The position numbers and the translations under genes were made by a program. A DNA stretch of 64,000 bases, taken from the NCBI RefSeq assembly GCF_000315625.1, contig NW_005434671.1, forward strand, positions 1,041,170-1,105,169, given 5' to 3'. Under the pieces are notes generated by a model. That model saw only the letters and a list, made by a program, of their open reading frames with translations. It was not told the origin of the DNA and searched no databases. Shown in pieces: positions 46,810-60,589 of the stretch. Numbering within the stretch: the stretch's first letter is position 1; every line of letters starts with the position of its first letter. The stretch comes from Guillardia theta CCMP2712. Taxonomy: Eukaryota; Protista; Cryptophyta.

Positions 46810-49058
46810 TCACTTCTTCGACAGTTTTGCTTTCTGTGCTTTCAATTCAGCCACCTGAGCCCTGAGCTCCTTAATGCGCTGCTGCTCGTGCTCAACGGCT
46901 TTGTCAAGATCAGCCTTTCCCATCCTCTTTCCCGACTTCTTCTGCGCAGCCTTCTTGACAGCAGCAGCTTGTCTGAGCATCTTGAGCTTAGCCTGGTAGA
47001 CAGCAGGGTCAAGCGGTTACAAACCCAGGGAAAGCGTTACCTCGTTTGCAGGCTTGTCAGTCATGCCGATGGAGGCATCAGGGATGAAGGCAGAGATGGG
47101 AAGAGAGCACTCGGTGGCAGACACTCTCACAGCAGACTCGAGCTTGGAGGCGAACGAGGCCACGCGGGTCTGAGCATATTGCTCGATGAGGTTCATGTCG
47201 GCATCGTCAATCTTGCCCGCAAGTCCAACGCCTTGAGCATGGAAGGCGCCCATCTGAGCCTGGTAGTAGGTCAAGATCTGCTTCACCTTCTCGCAGTCAG
47301 TGCCGTAGGTCTCGAGAGCGTTCGTCAACTGCTGCATGAGAACAACAACCGAGTCTACGAGCTCTTTGGCCTCAGCAACTGGGGCCTCCACCTCAGCAGG
47401 AGCCGGCTGGGGGGCAGCAGGAGCAGCCTGCGGCCTCGTGCCCCAGTCGAGAGGAACCTGTCCATACACATAGGGATGTACAGCCGCCTGGGCAGCTCTG
47501 GCGTACTCCATGGCAGCCTGAGCGCCAGCCTTGGCCGAGTGAGCAGAGGCGATGGCTTTCAAGCCTCCGACCATGGCAGCCTTCTCACCCTTGAGGGCTC
47601 CGTTTGCAGCAGTCGCAGCAGTGATGGCAGCGGCTCTTGCATGCTTGGCAAACCCAGTGGCAGCCTTGTCGGCTTCAGAGATGTGCTTGAGCACGTCATA
47701 AGCCTCCCTGGCGTCGGCTTCGATCTCTGATACTGCATGATCAGCAGCCGTCACATCCTGATTCATGTGCTCGACAGAGGCGATGGCAGCCTCGTGCACG
47801 GCCTGAGAATCATGGAAGATATTGTGCAGGTATCCTGAGATCGACTGGGCGGCAGTGGTCACAAAGCCGGAGTCCTGGGCCACGGCTTGAGCTGCATGGG
47901 TGTTGTAGTCCACAATCTGGCTGCTCTGTTCCAGGGCAGCTCTCATGGCGTCCTTCGCTTCTTGTGTGAGGCGGGCAGCGTCCACGATCTTGGTGGCCTG
48001 CTTCTCAGACTCGTCGGCCAGGTCTCCAACACGAGAGGCAACTTGCTGAGTGTACGAGAGCGCATGCTTGGCAGCATCTGCGGCATCACTGCTGGTTCCA
48101 GCAGCAGTAGCAGCAAGGGCAGCATCTCTCAGGCGCCTGACGTATGGAGCAGTGAAGTCAGAGTCGCCCAGGTCCTCGCTCTCGGAGCTGCTCTCCAGGT
48201 TCTTGGTCAGGGCATTGTTGCCCTCCGCTGCCTTGATCTGAGTGACGAGGTCACCTCTAGCCGCGTCAAGGCTCTTGACTTGGTTCTGAAGCTGCTTCTT
48301 GAGCGCATCAAACTCCTCATGCAGGCTGGCAACACGCTTCTTAGCCTGGTCATACTTGCGCTTGGACATCTCAATGCTGAATGAGAGGTTAGAGGTGCCT
48401 GACAAATGATGCAACACCAACCTGAGAGCCTTCTGGGCATCAGATTGCTCAAGAGAAAATGGCCCAGAGAAGGAATCAGACAACGCAACAAACCCCACAA
48501 TGCAGCAGATGGCGACGGCAACAAAAACTGCCACAGCCTGACAAGTTCGGTCAAACAGGTTCAGTCGGGTGATGATGATGCTGGAAGCGTCAATTTGCAC
48601 CTGGTAGTACTTGGACGCAGAGTTGCCCGATCGTACAGACTTGACAGATTGCGCGGACCCATACTGAGCCTGATAGATTCATTATTCATTTGTCTACGAA
48701 ATATCGCCAAAAATTGAACCCATGAGATTCAAAGAGCTCAACATATGTGCAAGTCAGGTCAAGACGAGCGCTCTCCACAGTTGACATCAAATTTGACAAG
48801 AAACACACAAGTATGAGACACGTTCCTAACTTCTTCCTTCTTGCGCGGATGGATGAAACATACAGAGAGCTGATCCACCTCACCCAGCGGGCACAAGGAG
48901 CAAACGAGCACGATAGCACTTGCACGTTCACATCAACACAACAGCTGGTACAACTTGGTGTCTGAGGTTGAACACAATGATCTTGCATAGTCGCTCATCT
49001 CTCATCTTCTCCTCACCTGAGCGCCATGGGCGCTGATCGGCGCCTCCAGGTCCACCAT
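46810..49058 (-). CDS. Type II membrane-anchored Ala-rich coiled-coil protein
   Basis: MVDLEAPISAHGAQ|AQYGS..YYQ|AVAVFVAVAICCIVGFVALS then ~500 aa of Ala-rich heptads; basic final exon ending KLSKK*. Confidence 0.75.
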
Positions 49059-49437
49059 CACGCGCCTCTTCGTGTCGAGATGAAGTTTTACTCAACCCCG
49101 AATCGGCAGCATACCCTCATCCCCGCTCATGAGATTACCCTCATCCCCATATTACCCTCCTTGTTGTCGGGGAGTTGAAATGCTGGTTGAAGGGATGGCG
49201 TGCCAGTGAGCGGTAGTGTGCGGAGATGATGGTGGAGGACAAGAGATGAGGGGGGGAGGAGAGGACGAGGGCGAGAGAGATGACAAGGACGAAGAAGTCT
49301 CTATGGTCCTCATATTTCACCGAGGGGGACAGGGAGGGAGGGGGCAGAGGCTAGATAGTGAACGGGGACAAAACTCAACGCAGCGCAGGCCGCTGGTTCA
49401 AATTCCTTGAGCATTCTTTGGTGAATCAGGATAGGAG

Positions 49438-52400
49438 ATGGATCAAGAGGGCGAAGATCGCAAGCAAGTGGAAGACGAGATCATGTCTCGCTACGTTGAA
49501 GGGATGTTGCACAACTCGAAGAACCACCTGGTCGAAGCTGAGGCAAGCTTCAAGCGTGCCTACCAACTCGCCAAGGACCTTTACAAGGAAGCTCAGGAGT
49601 CGATCCGGTTTTATGAGGAAGCATGGAAGTCAGCACAAGACAAGTTGCAACAAGAAAAAGCTGCAATAGCAACAAGTGAAGTCAAACAGGTTGAGGAAAA
49701 GAAGGAAGCTGGTAGTAGTGTCCGTGATTCAACCTTGTATCATCCGACGGGAGAAGCTCGCAACCAGGCGAGAAGAAGTTCAATGCAACTTGCGATGTTT
49801 CATCGCCGATCTGCGCTAGACTCCATGTCAGAGAGGAGGAAGAACAAGGCAAGGATCGTAATTCAGAAGCTGATCAATTCTACCCTCCATTACGCTCTGT
49901 CAGAATGGCGCAAGGCCGCGAAAAGCAGCTTAAAGGCAGAAGCAAAAGATGGAGGAGGAGCTACGGATGATGGTGAGTGAGGAAGTGCTGTAAAGTAACT
50001 CTTGCTCTTGTCCTGTCTCGCTGCTTCACGGCATCGCCGAGATGATTGAGGTATCGCAGGGGTCAAGGAGGCGAATCGCAGCAACGACGACGAGAGTCTG
50101 GAGCAAAAGTTCGGGTTGGTCAAGATGACCATGGGGGAATTGAGGAGAAGAGTAGAGGCTTCGAAGCAGCGACATGAAGCCGTGAATGAGGTGGATTTAC
50201 ATGTCATGTTGTTTGTTGTGTCTGACAATCGTTTTCCAGGGCGGAAATGTTGTATCAAACACAAAAACTGAGTTCTTAGAAGACATGCATCTGTTTCCCA
50301 TCAGCACTTTGATTCGAATGTCAGCAGAAGCAAAGCAAGCTGTGCAGGTGAGCGTAACAAGTCTCTCTATTTCCTCTGAGACATCGCCAATCCCGAGGAT
50401 AACTTTGATATGCAGGAAGCAATCTCTGTCAGAGACGAGCTTGAGAATCGCTTATCAACAATAAGAGATGTATATCACGTTAGAAGGATCAAGTTTTTGA
50501 ACGACGTAGAAGACGAGGAAAGAAGAAGAGATGAGAGAATCGCAAAGATCACTGAGGAGGAGGAGAGGAAGAAGAATTTCTACGTGAATGCCAAAGGTGG
50601 ATATGAAAAAGCGATGAATTTGACGCAGTCAAGAGAGCATCTTGAGAAGGTGGGAAATGAAATGTCAATGATGTTTCAAAGAGATTTCTCTCGGCTCGAG
50701 CAAGAGAAAGAGAGAGTTGGCAAAGATTTCAAAGACTGGAGGACCAAGCAGGAACAGGAGATACAGCAAAAGGAGGCAGAGTTGGAAGAAACGAAGAGAA
50801 GATATGATGAAGCATCCAATGCAGCAGAGATGCAGTCTCAAAAGTCTGAGATGATTGCGCGAGCGTTGAAGTTTTCAGAAAGGATGGAGCTCGAATATGA
50901 CACGGCAGCGGAGGTGGAGAAAAACTTGATTTTGAATGAGATTGAGAAGGAGATGCTATACCATGCTGGACTTGATAAGTTTGAGATAACTCGCAAGAGG
51001 CAGGAGGAGGAGGAGAGGGAAAGAGAGAGGTCTCTGACTGATCAGTACAATGCTATGATCCTGAGAAAATTTGGAACGAGCAGTAGGGCGAAGCTCAACG
51101 AGTTGAAGTCTCAATTTGAGTTTTTACACGACGGTCTTTTCAAGACGCAGTGCAGTTACGATGACGGAGATGTGAAGGAACGGGAGGAGGAGACGGCGGT
51201 GGTGTTTGCGCTTTCAAAGAGCAGTGGAGCAGGAGAGGACGAGGATGCACTGAGCATGAGGGAACTGCGGACTGAGGACCTCGTGGCTGACCTGCTGCTG
51301 ACTGGAAGAGTTGGAGAGGAGGTCAGTCATGAAGCTACAGAGGGTCTGCAAGGGAAGGAAAGGATAGAGGACATGAGGAGATCTTGGCTGATCAGCATGC
51401 GGCAGCCTCTCCTGTCCGTCCTCGCTGACTTGTCGGCCACTGTGGGAGAGGGTGGAGCAGCTCAGCTGAGTGCCATGGCCGGTGAGGGATGTCGCGATTC
51501 CAAGGAGAGGATGCGTTCCTCCTGCCTGCAGCAGCTTCAGCTGGCGTGCGATGCTGCGGCTGAGAGCAGAAAGCTGATTGATGCTCTGCTGGCCGCCGGC
51601 AATCAACTCGCGGCCCACGCGTCGGAGACGCTGGGAGGAGGAGGAGGAGATGTCACAGCGTTCCTTGACGCGCTTGCGGAGGGAAAGAGAGCTAGAGATC
51701 TGTTTGCTGTTGCAGGATCGATAGGAGCCTGGCGCCTGTCGGAAAGCAGAGCAGGCGAGGCGACTTGCAAGGAGATGGAGGAGAAGGCAGAAGGAGAGAT
51801 GGAGAGAAAGTTCGGCAAGGGGGTCACAACAATGAGCAAGGGGAATGCAGCTGTTTTGAACTCAGAGATGGCATCCAAGTTCTTCAGTGAGCAGCACCAA
51901 CGCTTCTCCTCCTCCTCTGAGCTGAGTGTTCAAGTCCGAACAGACTTGTACGGGATGTTGAGCCAGGGGAGGTCCGACGAGGAGATCCTTCACGACAGAA
52001 AGCTGCAGGCTGCAGGAATCGTCCTCACTCGCGCGACAGTCGCGGCTGTGCGCGAGGATTGGAACGCAAAGAACGAGATGAGGAGAGCGATCCTGGGGCA
52101 TCGCTCTGAAGCAGCAGCAGCAGATGGAGACAAGGGTGAGGAGGAGAGAAGGGTGGGGGAAGGGTTCGTAGGAGGGGACAGGCAGACGTGGACGCTGGTT
52201 GCCGGTCGGTGGCACTCAGTGTCGTCACGGCCTCAGCGCGGGTTGTGGTGGCGGCCCAGCGACTTCTTGCAGGTAGCGCATGTTGACTTCGAGGTCATCA
52301 GGAGATCGAGCTTGCACCAAGTCGTCGCAAGGGTCCCTCCCTCCGACAGGACCCCAGCAGACTCGCACGTGCCGTCCCATCACCGTCCAAGTGAGCACGG

Positions 52401-54064
52401 GAGACCCTCCCTAGTCCCAGGAGAGGAGCTGGTCCTGAGAGGCCCGGAGCAGCCCTCCTCTCCTTCATCCTCCCAGCAGGTCAGCCCCTGGATCGGAACG
52501 TCCAAGAAGAATAAAAACGCAGACGCGCCGGCTGTGGCCTACGACGCGAGCGAAGACTACCAGAAGCAGGTCAATCTCCTCCCGCACGGCGATCACCTCA
52601 ACGTCTCCAGCAAGCCTCGATCGCGATGGAACTCTTCCTCCTTCTCTGACGGGACTGCAGGCCCGATGGTGAGGAGGAGGAGGAGGATGCTCGAGGGTCT
52701 GACCGTCGCGTGCAGGTGCTAGAGGCTGTCAACAGAATCTCTCACGGTCGAGGAGCTGAGAACCTGCCGGGGAGGCGAAGAGACGTCGAGGTCAACATCG
52801 TCGACATGATCAGAAGCTGCTTGCTCACTCGTCATGACACCGACCGACACGTCTCACTGGTCGCCATGGACATCGACGATGAGACTTGCGAGTTTCTCTG
52901 CGACCTGGAGCACGACCTCGTGCCTCCTCTCCCATCTGAAAATCTTCATCTCCATCTCCGGTCCAATAAGATTGCAGACAGAGGGATGCTTGCGGTCTCG
53001 TTGGCTATATGGCAGGAGAGGAGCGTCTTTGGCAACCTGCGCTATCTGGATCTTCGCTCGAACATCATCGGGGACTCAAGTATGATCGTCTTTTCTCAAC
53101 TTCTTGCCGTCAACAATCGCATTGCTCATCTTAACCTTGCTGACAACAAGGTGATTCTTCTGCTACCTGACCTCCTCTCGCCGACCTCTTGCTCCTTTCG
53201 TCCTTCTCCCTCCTTCTCCCTCCTGCTCTCTCCTTGACCACTCTTGATCACCTGCGTCTACTTTGCATCCTCATCAGATGTCACCTTACATAGTCTGCAG
53301 ATCGGCAAGCTCGGCGTGCTTGCCTTGGCCTCGTCTCTTGGTCTGAACTCTTCACTCCTCGAGCTCGACCTCAGCTTCAACCTCATCTGCCAAGAGGACG
53401 TGGCTCCCCTTGCGGCAGTCCTCTCCTGGAACAAGAAGCTCCTGCTCCTCGTTGACCCTGACAAGGTGAGGGAGGAGGCAGGGAGAATGAGTTAGGATGG
53501 AAGGAACAAGGGAGGGATGGAGGACGAGGCGAGGAGGAGGAGTGGGGAAGTACTCAGACAGGACCTTAGACCTTGTTCAACTCGACCCTTCGGGTCCTCA
53601 AGCTCGACGGGAACTTTCTTGCCGACAAAGGGATGGCGTGCATGGCGGCCTGTATGGCAGCAAATCCGAGTACGGGGAGACCGCGAGGAGGCGGCGAGGT
53701 TGAACATGCGCGCAGGTTTGCAACGCCTCAATCTCAATGGCGTCAGTGCAGCTCGTGAGAGTTTGTCGCTGATGGCGAAGGCCATCGAACTCAGTGAGGG
53801 GACGATACGGCATGTTGAGATTGCAGACAACAACCTTTGCGATGAAGACTTCCAACCGCTCGTGCAGGTCGAGTCTGTTTGAGTTGTGCTCTAGAGTCAG
53901 TCACGCTGCTCCATCAGGCGTTGAGCTCGAAGATGAAGCAGCAAGGCGAGGCAGATGTGCAGGATCAACATCTGATGTCATACCTCAACGTTCGAGGCAA
54001 CAGAGTGAATGACACAACAGCTGACACGTTGGCAAAGTTCGTTAGCAAGCTGGACAGGAGCTGA
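49438..54064 (+). CDS. Large coiled-coil protein with C-terminal RNI-like leucine-rich repeats
   Basis: E/K/R-rich coiled-coil exons 49438-52100; LRRs LHLRSNKIADRG, LRYLDLRSNIIGDSS, IAHLNLADNK, LLELDLSFNLI, LRVLKLDGNFLADKG, YLNVRGNRV; joining into one gene inferred. Confidence 0.7.
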
Positions 54065-54289
54065 ATCAAGGTTGGAGCCGCAGCATACAATGCTGAATAT
54101 TATGAGATGACGGGAAAGAGAACTGAATATTGTATTCAAACTTGCAAGGGCATTCACAATCGTTTTACTTTCGTATTCCTTCCCCGCCTCTCTCATCTAT
54201 TCAGCTTCAACTCCGTCCTCATGTGCATGATTTTTCCCCTCCTTTTTCCTGCCTCTTCCTAAACTTAACCAAGATGACTTCTCACTGCA

Positions 54290-55096
54290 CTGGATGCCAC
54301 AGACAGGGTTTGAGACATGAACATAATCTACAACAGGAGGGCCTTCTCAGTGCTCCTTCTTCTCCTTGCTCCTTCACGTCTTCATCCCTTACATCCTCCT
54401 CCAGTCCTCCCTCACCCTCCCACCCTTCCAAGTCTCCACCCTCATCGCCCCCTGCAGCATCCGTCCTCCCTCGCAAGACACCTTCCTGACTCTTCTACAC
54501 TGATCCCACCACGTCATCGATGTAGCTCTGCATGGCGGCAGAGATACCCTTACTCTTCCTCCGTCCCTGCGTCTTCGACTTGTCATGCTGATACTTCATG
54601 TACTGCTGCATCGGCTCCATGGGATCGAGGAACTCTTTCTTTCGGAGTCCTCCTCCTCTCCCCCCCCCGCTTGTTCCACCCCCAACGTTCAAGGCTTTCA
54701 GTTCATCCTCCATGTTCTGGACTGATCGCACTTGGTCATCGAGGTCTTTCGCTGCCGTTCGCTTCCACCCTCGTCTGGTCGACATGCCCATCAAGGTCTT
54801 ATCCCAGTCGTTCTGCTGTAACTTCTTGTCTCTAGCAAACATGTTTCGACTCTTGATCCTCCCGTGGGCCCCGTGAGTCGCTCTGATAGAAGCGAACAAC
54901 ACGATGGCACAAAAAAGGATGAGAGCAGTGGTTCCCGCGCATACGATGTTGCATCCCTTTGGTAGACCATGCATGCTCAACCTGTCGGCCAAGCTGCGAG
55001 CTTTCTTCGAGCGATACACGTCATTGTTGATGTCGTCATCATCTGCAGTGCTGACGTCAGTGAAACCGAAACAGGAGATCAAACTTGAGATTCATC
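54290..55096 (-). CDS. Hypothetical single-pass membrane protein
   Basis: ORF 54495-55082 with TM IVCAGTTALILFCAIVLFASI; terminal exons uncertain. Confidence 0.5.
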
Positions 55097-56049
55097 AGGC
55101 AGTCCAACAAGAGGCAATGCAAGCTCGTACTGCCCTCAACCCCTGCCTCCTTAGAGTATGGAAATGAGATCGCCAGCAACTGCCTCAATCATCTCTTCCT
55201 CCCACAAGCTCCTTGCCCTCTTCATCTTGATCCTCGTCCTCGGCCTCGTCCATGTCCTCGTTCTCTCCTCGTCCATGTCCTCGCTCTCTCCTCGTGCATC
55301 TCCTCGCTCTCTCCTCGTCCATGTCCTCGTTCACCCTGGCCTCCCTCCTTCCCCTCGCTGTTGTTCTTGTCATGGTCGTGCATCACTTACCATCGCGCCA
55401 CCTCACCGTCACCATGTTGACAATTTCACAGGATTTGAGAAATGCTCTGTCAAAATTGAAATCTACAATACACCAGATTGAAAGATGAGCCTACACTGCT
55501 AGCTGTGATACACGGGTACAGCACTGCCGGGCCGGGCTCGGAGCGGTCCCGAATGATGAGACGGCGCCCGGCTGTTGGCTGCACCTCTGCCAAGTTGCGA
55601 CGCCGCCGGGTCCCGGCCCGGGCTTCCAGTGCCGGACTCGGGGTGATGATCAGCCAGTGACTCCGAAACTTACTAAGCTACGACTCTTGAAACCGTCACT
55701 GCGTTGGGCCGGCGCATGGAGATCCAATCAGCTCTAGAGACATGTACCGTACTACGGTAGTATCGCCGGTTCAATGTTTTACTATATGACAGACCCTTCA
55801 TACTACACACCGTTGGGTTGTGACAACTAAGTTGAGGCTTCAGGCTCAGCTTGACAACGTGACAGAGGCTCGGCCCGGACTCGGCCTCCGACTGAGACAT
55901 GCGGACTTCACAAAAGTGGCAGTTCTGAGGTGGACTCGCTGTTACTTTGTGTAGGTCTGTCGCTACCAGCCATGCAGGCGTTGGCGTCCATGGCAAGTGC
56001 GTCCCCTCCAAGTCCAGTGAGCTCCTGAGCTGCCGTAGAAGCGTCTTGC

Positions 56050-58900
56050 ATGTCCAGCAACGTCGGGGACGCGGCGAGTGTCTACCATGAGCGAGCGGGT
56101 CGGGCAGTCACTCCCTTGGATCAAAGGAGAGCAATCCTGCGATCGGGAGGTAGCCTGAGAGTGAGTTTCTCAGCTCCGACGGAGCATCAGGGGAAGGAAG
56201 AGACCGCAGAAGCTGCTGCTGCCCCCACACCCCATGAGCAGCTCCTGCCCACCAACCCGTCCACTACAGGCCCTCCCGCCGCTCTCACTGCGGCACAGCA
56301 GGTTGAACCTGAGGCTGTCGCGCAACCTCTGCAGCAGGTGGAGGATCAACCGAGCCTGCTGCAGCAAATCTTTGGGAAGTTTCAGTTCGACGTGTCCGAT
56401 TTCCATCGAGCAAAGGAAGCGAGAGTCGGAAGCGATGATCGTTACGTTGCCAAGGAAAAACCAACTCAGAGACATGAAACAATGGAGCAAGTGCAAGAAA
56501 TCCAGAATCGACCGCAAAGAGAGGGGAAGAATGAGGAGAAGACGGGAGTGTCTGACAACGCGTTCATCCATCGACGAATGAGGTGTGTTGCAAATCGATG
56601 TCATGGAGCATGACTGCTACCTGAAGCTACATCCATCACTCCCACGATTCCTTCAATCGTCGGAAGGAGGAGAAGAACCGTCGGCAGGTCGACTTGCCCT
56701 CCTGAGATCCGAATGAAATGATTATCTGGCAGGAGAGGGAGGCAGCAGAGAAAGCAGCAGTTCAAGCAGCTTTCTTGCAGAAGAAGATTGCGGCTGATAA
56801 CGCAGCAGCAAGGTTGAGTGAACATTCGTACTGATCTCTGACCTCTGACATTGTCTCAGCGTGCTGCAAGCATTCTGCCGAGCATCCACCTGGAGGGCCT
56901 TCCCGGACAAGAGAAAGATCTATTTTGAGGTGGTGGTGTACCTTGCATTCGAACAGGCTCTGTTGATCCGAAAATTCGCGCTATCATCGTTCTTGAGACG
57001 GAAGTACCAACACGATCCCTACATAAGCGAGAATGTTTTGCGATTTTTCCCGTCTGTTGGCAGAAGCAGGTTCCTCAATTGTTGCGATAGATGAGAACTC
57101 ATTTGTTCCATTGTAGCCTGACGATCAATTGGAAATGCAAACAAGTGGCTCAAAAGATTGATCAACGCCTTTTCATTGAAGCACATAAATTGCTAGTTAC
57201 AGCTATGTATGATCTTCAAGAGTTCGGGGTGTGAATGCTCCTGCATCTTTATCATCTTTTGACATCTTGATGGAAGGAAGCAATTGGCACTAAGGAAGAA
57301 GATCTCTTGACCATGCAATTGGTGCGGAGAGATAATGAGTTTTACGACCAAGACAATCCGTTCTGCTCTGCTCCAGGTCTCATGCTCAAACCAACATGTT
57401 TGTTTGTGATTCCAAGATCAGGATGCTCCCGCAAACCGATCCGTGTGTGCGAATGGGACAAGAAGAGTAAGATATGTGACCGGCACCAGTATCATTGTGT
57501 TTGGGATAGGTGAAAGCCCACTTCTGATCTTCGAAACATGGGATGAATGTTGGATTACAGAGACTCGCAGTCTCTTTTGTTCATGAGCCAACATAAGATG
57601 AACATCGCGTATAACAATAGGAAAGAGCATTTCTGGCTCACTATTCTCACTTCTTTGCATCAAAGGTGCGGACAAGGCTTCTGTTCTTCAGTGAATGCTT
57701 GTTGACCTCCGAGGCAGACTTGGAGCAGGAGAAAGCTGCATGATGAAGCAACTTGTCTTGTCAAAGAAGACTGGCGCCGAAAAGTAGCTCACCATTGAAT
57801 CGACGCTCTTGCAATCTTATTGTATGATCAGGTATCAGGGAAACCAGTTGCACTTGATACAAACCATCCTCAACAGAGCATGGACGGTCATGGTGCCTGA
57901 CGACGTGCCATCTGTCGAGGTCAAAGAACTACATCGGGATAGAAGATGTGACCCGATGACCCCGCAGGAGGCGGTGAGGACCTGCAAGGATGGGGTCAAG
58001 ATCATCATCAGGGAGGGGTACTACTCTTGGACCCACCCCGTCGAAGTGAGGAAGAGAGTCGAAGTCCAAGGAGAGAAGGGTATCTGCTCGGCGAGCTTGT
58101 TGCTGTGCTCACTGCCATGTCACAGGAGTGTTTCTTCATGGACCATGGTGCTTCGATGAGGACAGCGGTCACGGGAAGTTTGACAACATCACATTCATCT
58201 CTTCTTGTGGGAAGGGCCTGCACGTCTCTGGAGGGAGGTGGCACTTCACGGACTGCGTCTTTCAAGGACATGGCGATGGATGTAGTGTAGTCTCCTGTGG
58301 GGGGAACTCAGAGGTCTTGATGGAGCAGTCGATGATTTGCGGGCTCAAGACAGAAAGAGAAGTTCTGCATCCCTTGTTCTGCATCAGCGCCTTTGATCGC
58401 AGTAGCGTGAAGATGCATGCAACAGTGATCAAAGATGCATCTGGCAGTGGGGTAAGGGTCAGCGGCAGCGCGAGAGTGGAATGTATTGACTGTCATCTAC
58501 GGGATCATTCTCTCTCTGCCCTCAAGATTGATGAGGTGAGTTGTGCGATCTGCAGTGGATTAGCTTGATGATACATGCTCTCAGTGCTGTGAAGTGATGA
58601 TTCAAAACTCTCTTGCTCATCATAACGGATCGTTTTTGGATGCTCATTTCAACCCTTCAATGGCCTCATACTTTGACAAAACCCTCGGAAGTTCTGTCCA
58701 ACTATACGACAACATAATCTATGGAACAATGTGGGCAAGCAGACATCGCCCTGTTTACCTTCTTGGCAAGCGAGGAAGCAAGATTTCTATAGACAAAGGC
58801 GATGTTTTGCAGAAAACAAATTCTATCCTGAAGAGTTCACAATGCCTCTTGCAAGCACTCTGACCGGAAATGAACCCTTAATTTCCAATCATGTTCTCTC
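56050..58900 (+). CDS. Multi-exon protein with C-terminal right-handed parallel beta-helix domain
   Basis: VMVPDDVPSVE|EAVRTCKDGVKIIIREGYY (typical beta-helix cap), repeats GLHVSGGRWHFTDCVF, GVRVSGSARVECIDCHL; disordered N-terminus from 56050; linkage of 5' exons inferred. Confidence 0.65.
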
Positions 58901-59214
58901 TAGCTCTTGGAAAGTTTTGACAGGAAGAGACTTGGCACCACAATATGTGTTGGAGCGAGAAAGGTGGTGTGAATGCGAAGGTTTGAAACAATCTGATACA
59001 TCTCTTGTCTTGCAGAATTCTGAATGCAATCAAAACTTCCAACACCTAGTCTCTACTAACTAGATCACAGTTGTACTTTAAAGTTGTGTAATGATGTACA
59101 TGAATCCGCATAAGCGCGCCAGTCAGGCGTAACGGGCTCCCTTGTCATCACGAGCTGACATCCATGTGTTTATTCTGGGCTGAGCATCATGACAGGACTC
59201 TGGAATCTTTGAAA

Positions 59215-60229
59215 TCACATGTCCAGTGATCTTCCATACGAAACGACTGATTGAAATTGATTGGGCGGTTGCATTGGAGCAGGAGAAGCATGATAAAACT
59301 GATTGGAGATCATTGAAGGTCCAACGGGAATCATGTGAGGTTGCTGAACAAACACTTGAGGTTGCGCCCCCCTCGATGAGGTGTCGATGGTGGATGAGAA
59401 CTCATCGCCGCCTGCATGCATTATTTTCCCTTCGGCGTAGATGCTCTGAGCTGCTCCAGCCTCAAGGAACTGACGAGCGAGGAGCAACGGCATGTGTTGC
59501 ACGGATCCATCCAAGAGCACAACCTGGCATGTGGGGCCTTCAGTGGGAATTTCTGTTAAAGATTCGTTGAAGACAGGAAGACTGCCAGCCGATGACACTG
59601 GTTGCCCGCTGTAGGACCGTGATGGGTAGCCCGGCATGGACGTTGCCATGGAGCCATTTTGATTCGGCAGAGCATATCCATGTCCGTTGACATTGCCCTG
59701 GTGCAAGATTCAGAACGTCAACATGATTGATGCAGACAAATCAGTCACAGTCCCTCACCTGCTGTGGATTGCTGTTGTATCCAGTAGGGTAAGGTTGCGG
59801 ATGAGGATGGGCACCTGGTCTAGCCTGTTGCGGGGGCTGCTGATAATGTCCACGCTGTGATGCCACCCGATGTCCATGGGCTGCCTGCGGATGCCTCCAA
59901 TGATGATGCGTAGGAGGGGACCGAGCTCGGGCATGCGTAGGAGGGGACCGAGCTCTGGCATGGGGAGGAGGAGAGCGGGCCCTCATGTGGGGAGGAGGAG
60001 AGCGTCCTCGCACATGAGGAGGTCCTTGAATTGGATGGGCAGGGGAGCGCCCTCGAGAAGCGGCCGCCGTTCGACTCCTTGTACCAGAGGGTTGTCCAAA
60101 CCCAAAGTGCGAATGATGATGCTGTAAATCAAGCGTCAGATACATTCTTTTTGAGCTGTAGAAACAAGCTGATTGCAAGCACGCCACTACACAGATACGG
60201 ACACTTGGCCATAAGCGAGCCATCGTCAC
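59215..60229 (-). CDS. Low-complexity Pro/Gln/His-rich protein with RARSPP repeats
   Basis: Four or five (R)GRSP/RARSPP units encoded by a ~27-bp tandem repeat at 59905-60015; second exon 59215-59706. Confidence 0.55.
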
Positions 60230-60589
60230 AAATTCACATGCGGCAACATCTCATCAGGGACATTCGATTCTTCAGACGATAAAGCTGCGGGCTGAGTCAG
60301 CAGCAGAGTGTCTGGCAATCATTGGATGCGAGGGGACTTTCATCCTAGATCGAGCGGAAGGGCACTGATAGAGGGAGGGCCACGGCAATCTGAGCAAATG
60401 ATCCGAGCACAACAGACCGTACTCATAGCCGGCGTTACTTTGTACAAGGCACGCAGCATCGACAGCAACGGATCGTCATTCATCCCATCGACACCATGCA
60501 GTCAACGCGTTTCTGTCTTACCGCTCCGCGCCCTGTCCTCTGCATCGTCGGCCGCCCACGGTTCCGGTACCGGAGTAGGTCCAAACGTC

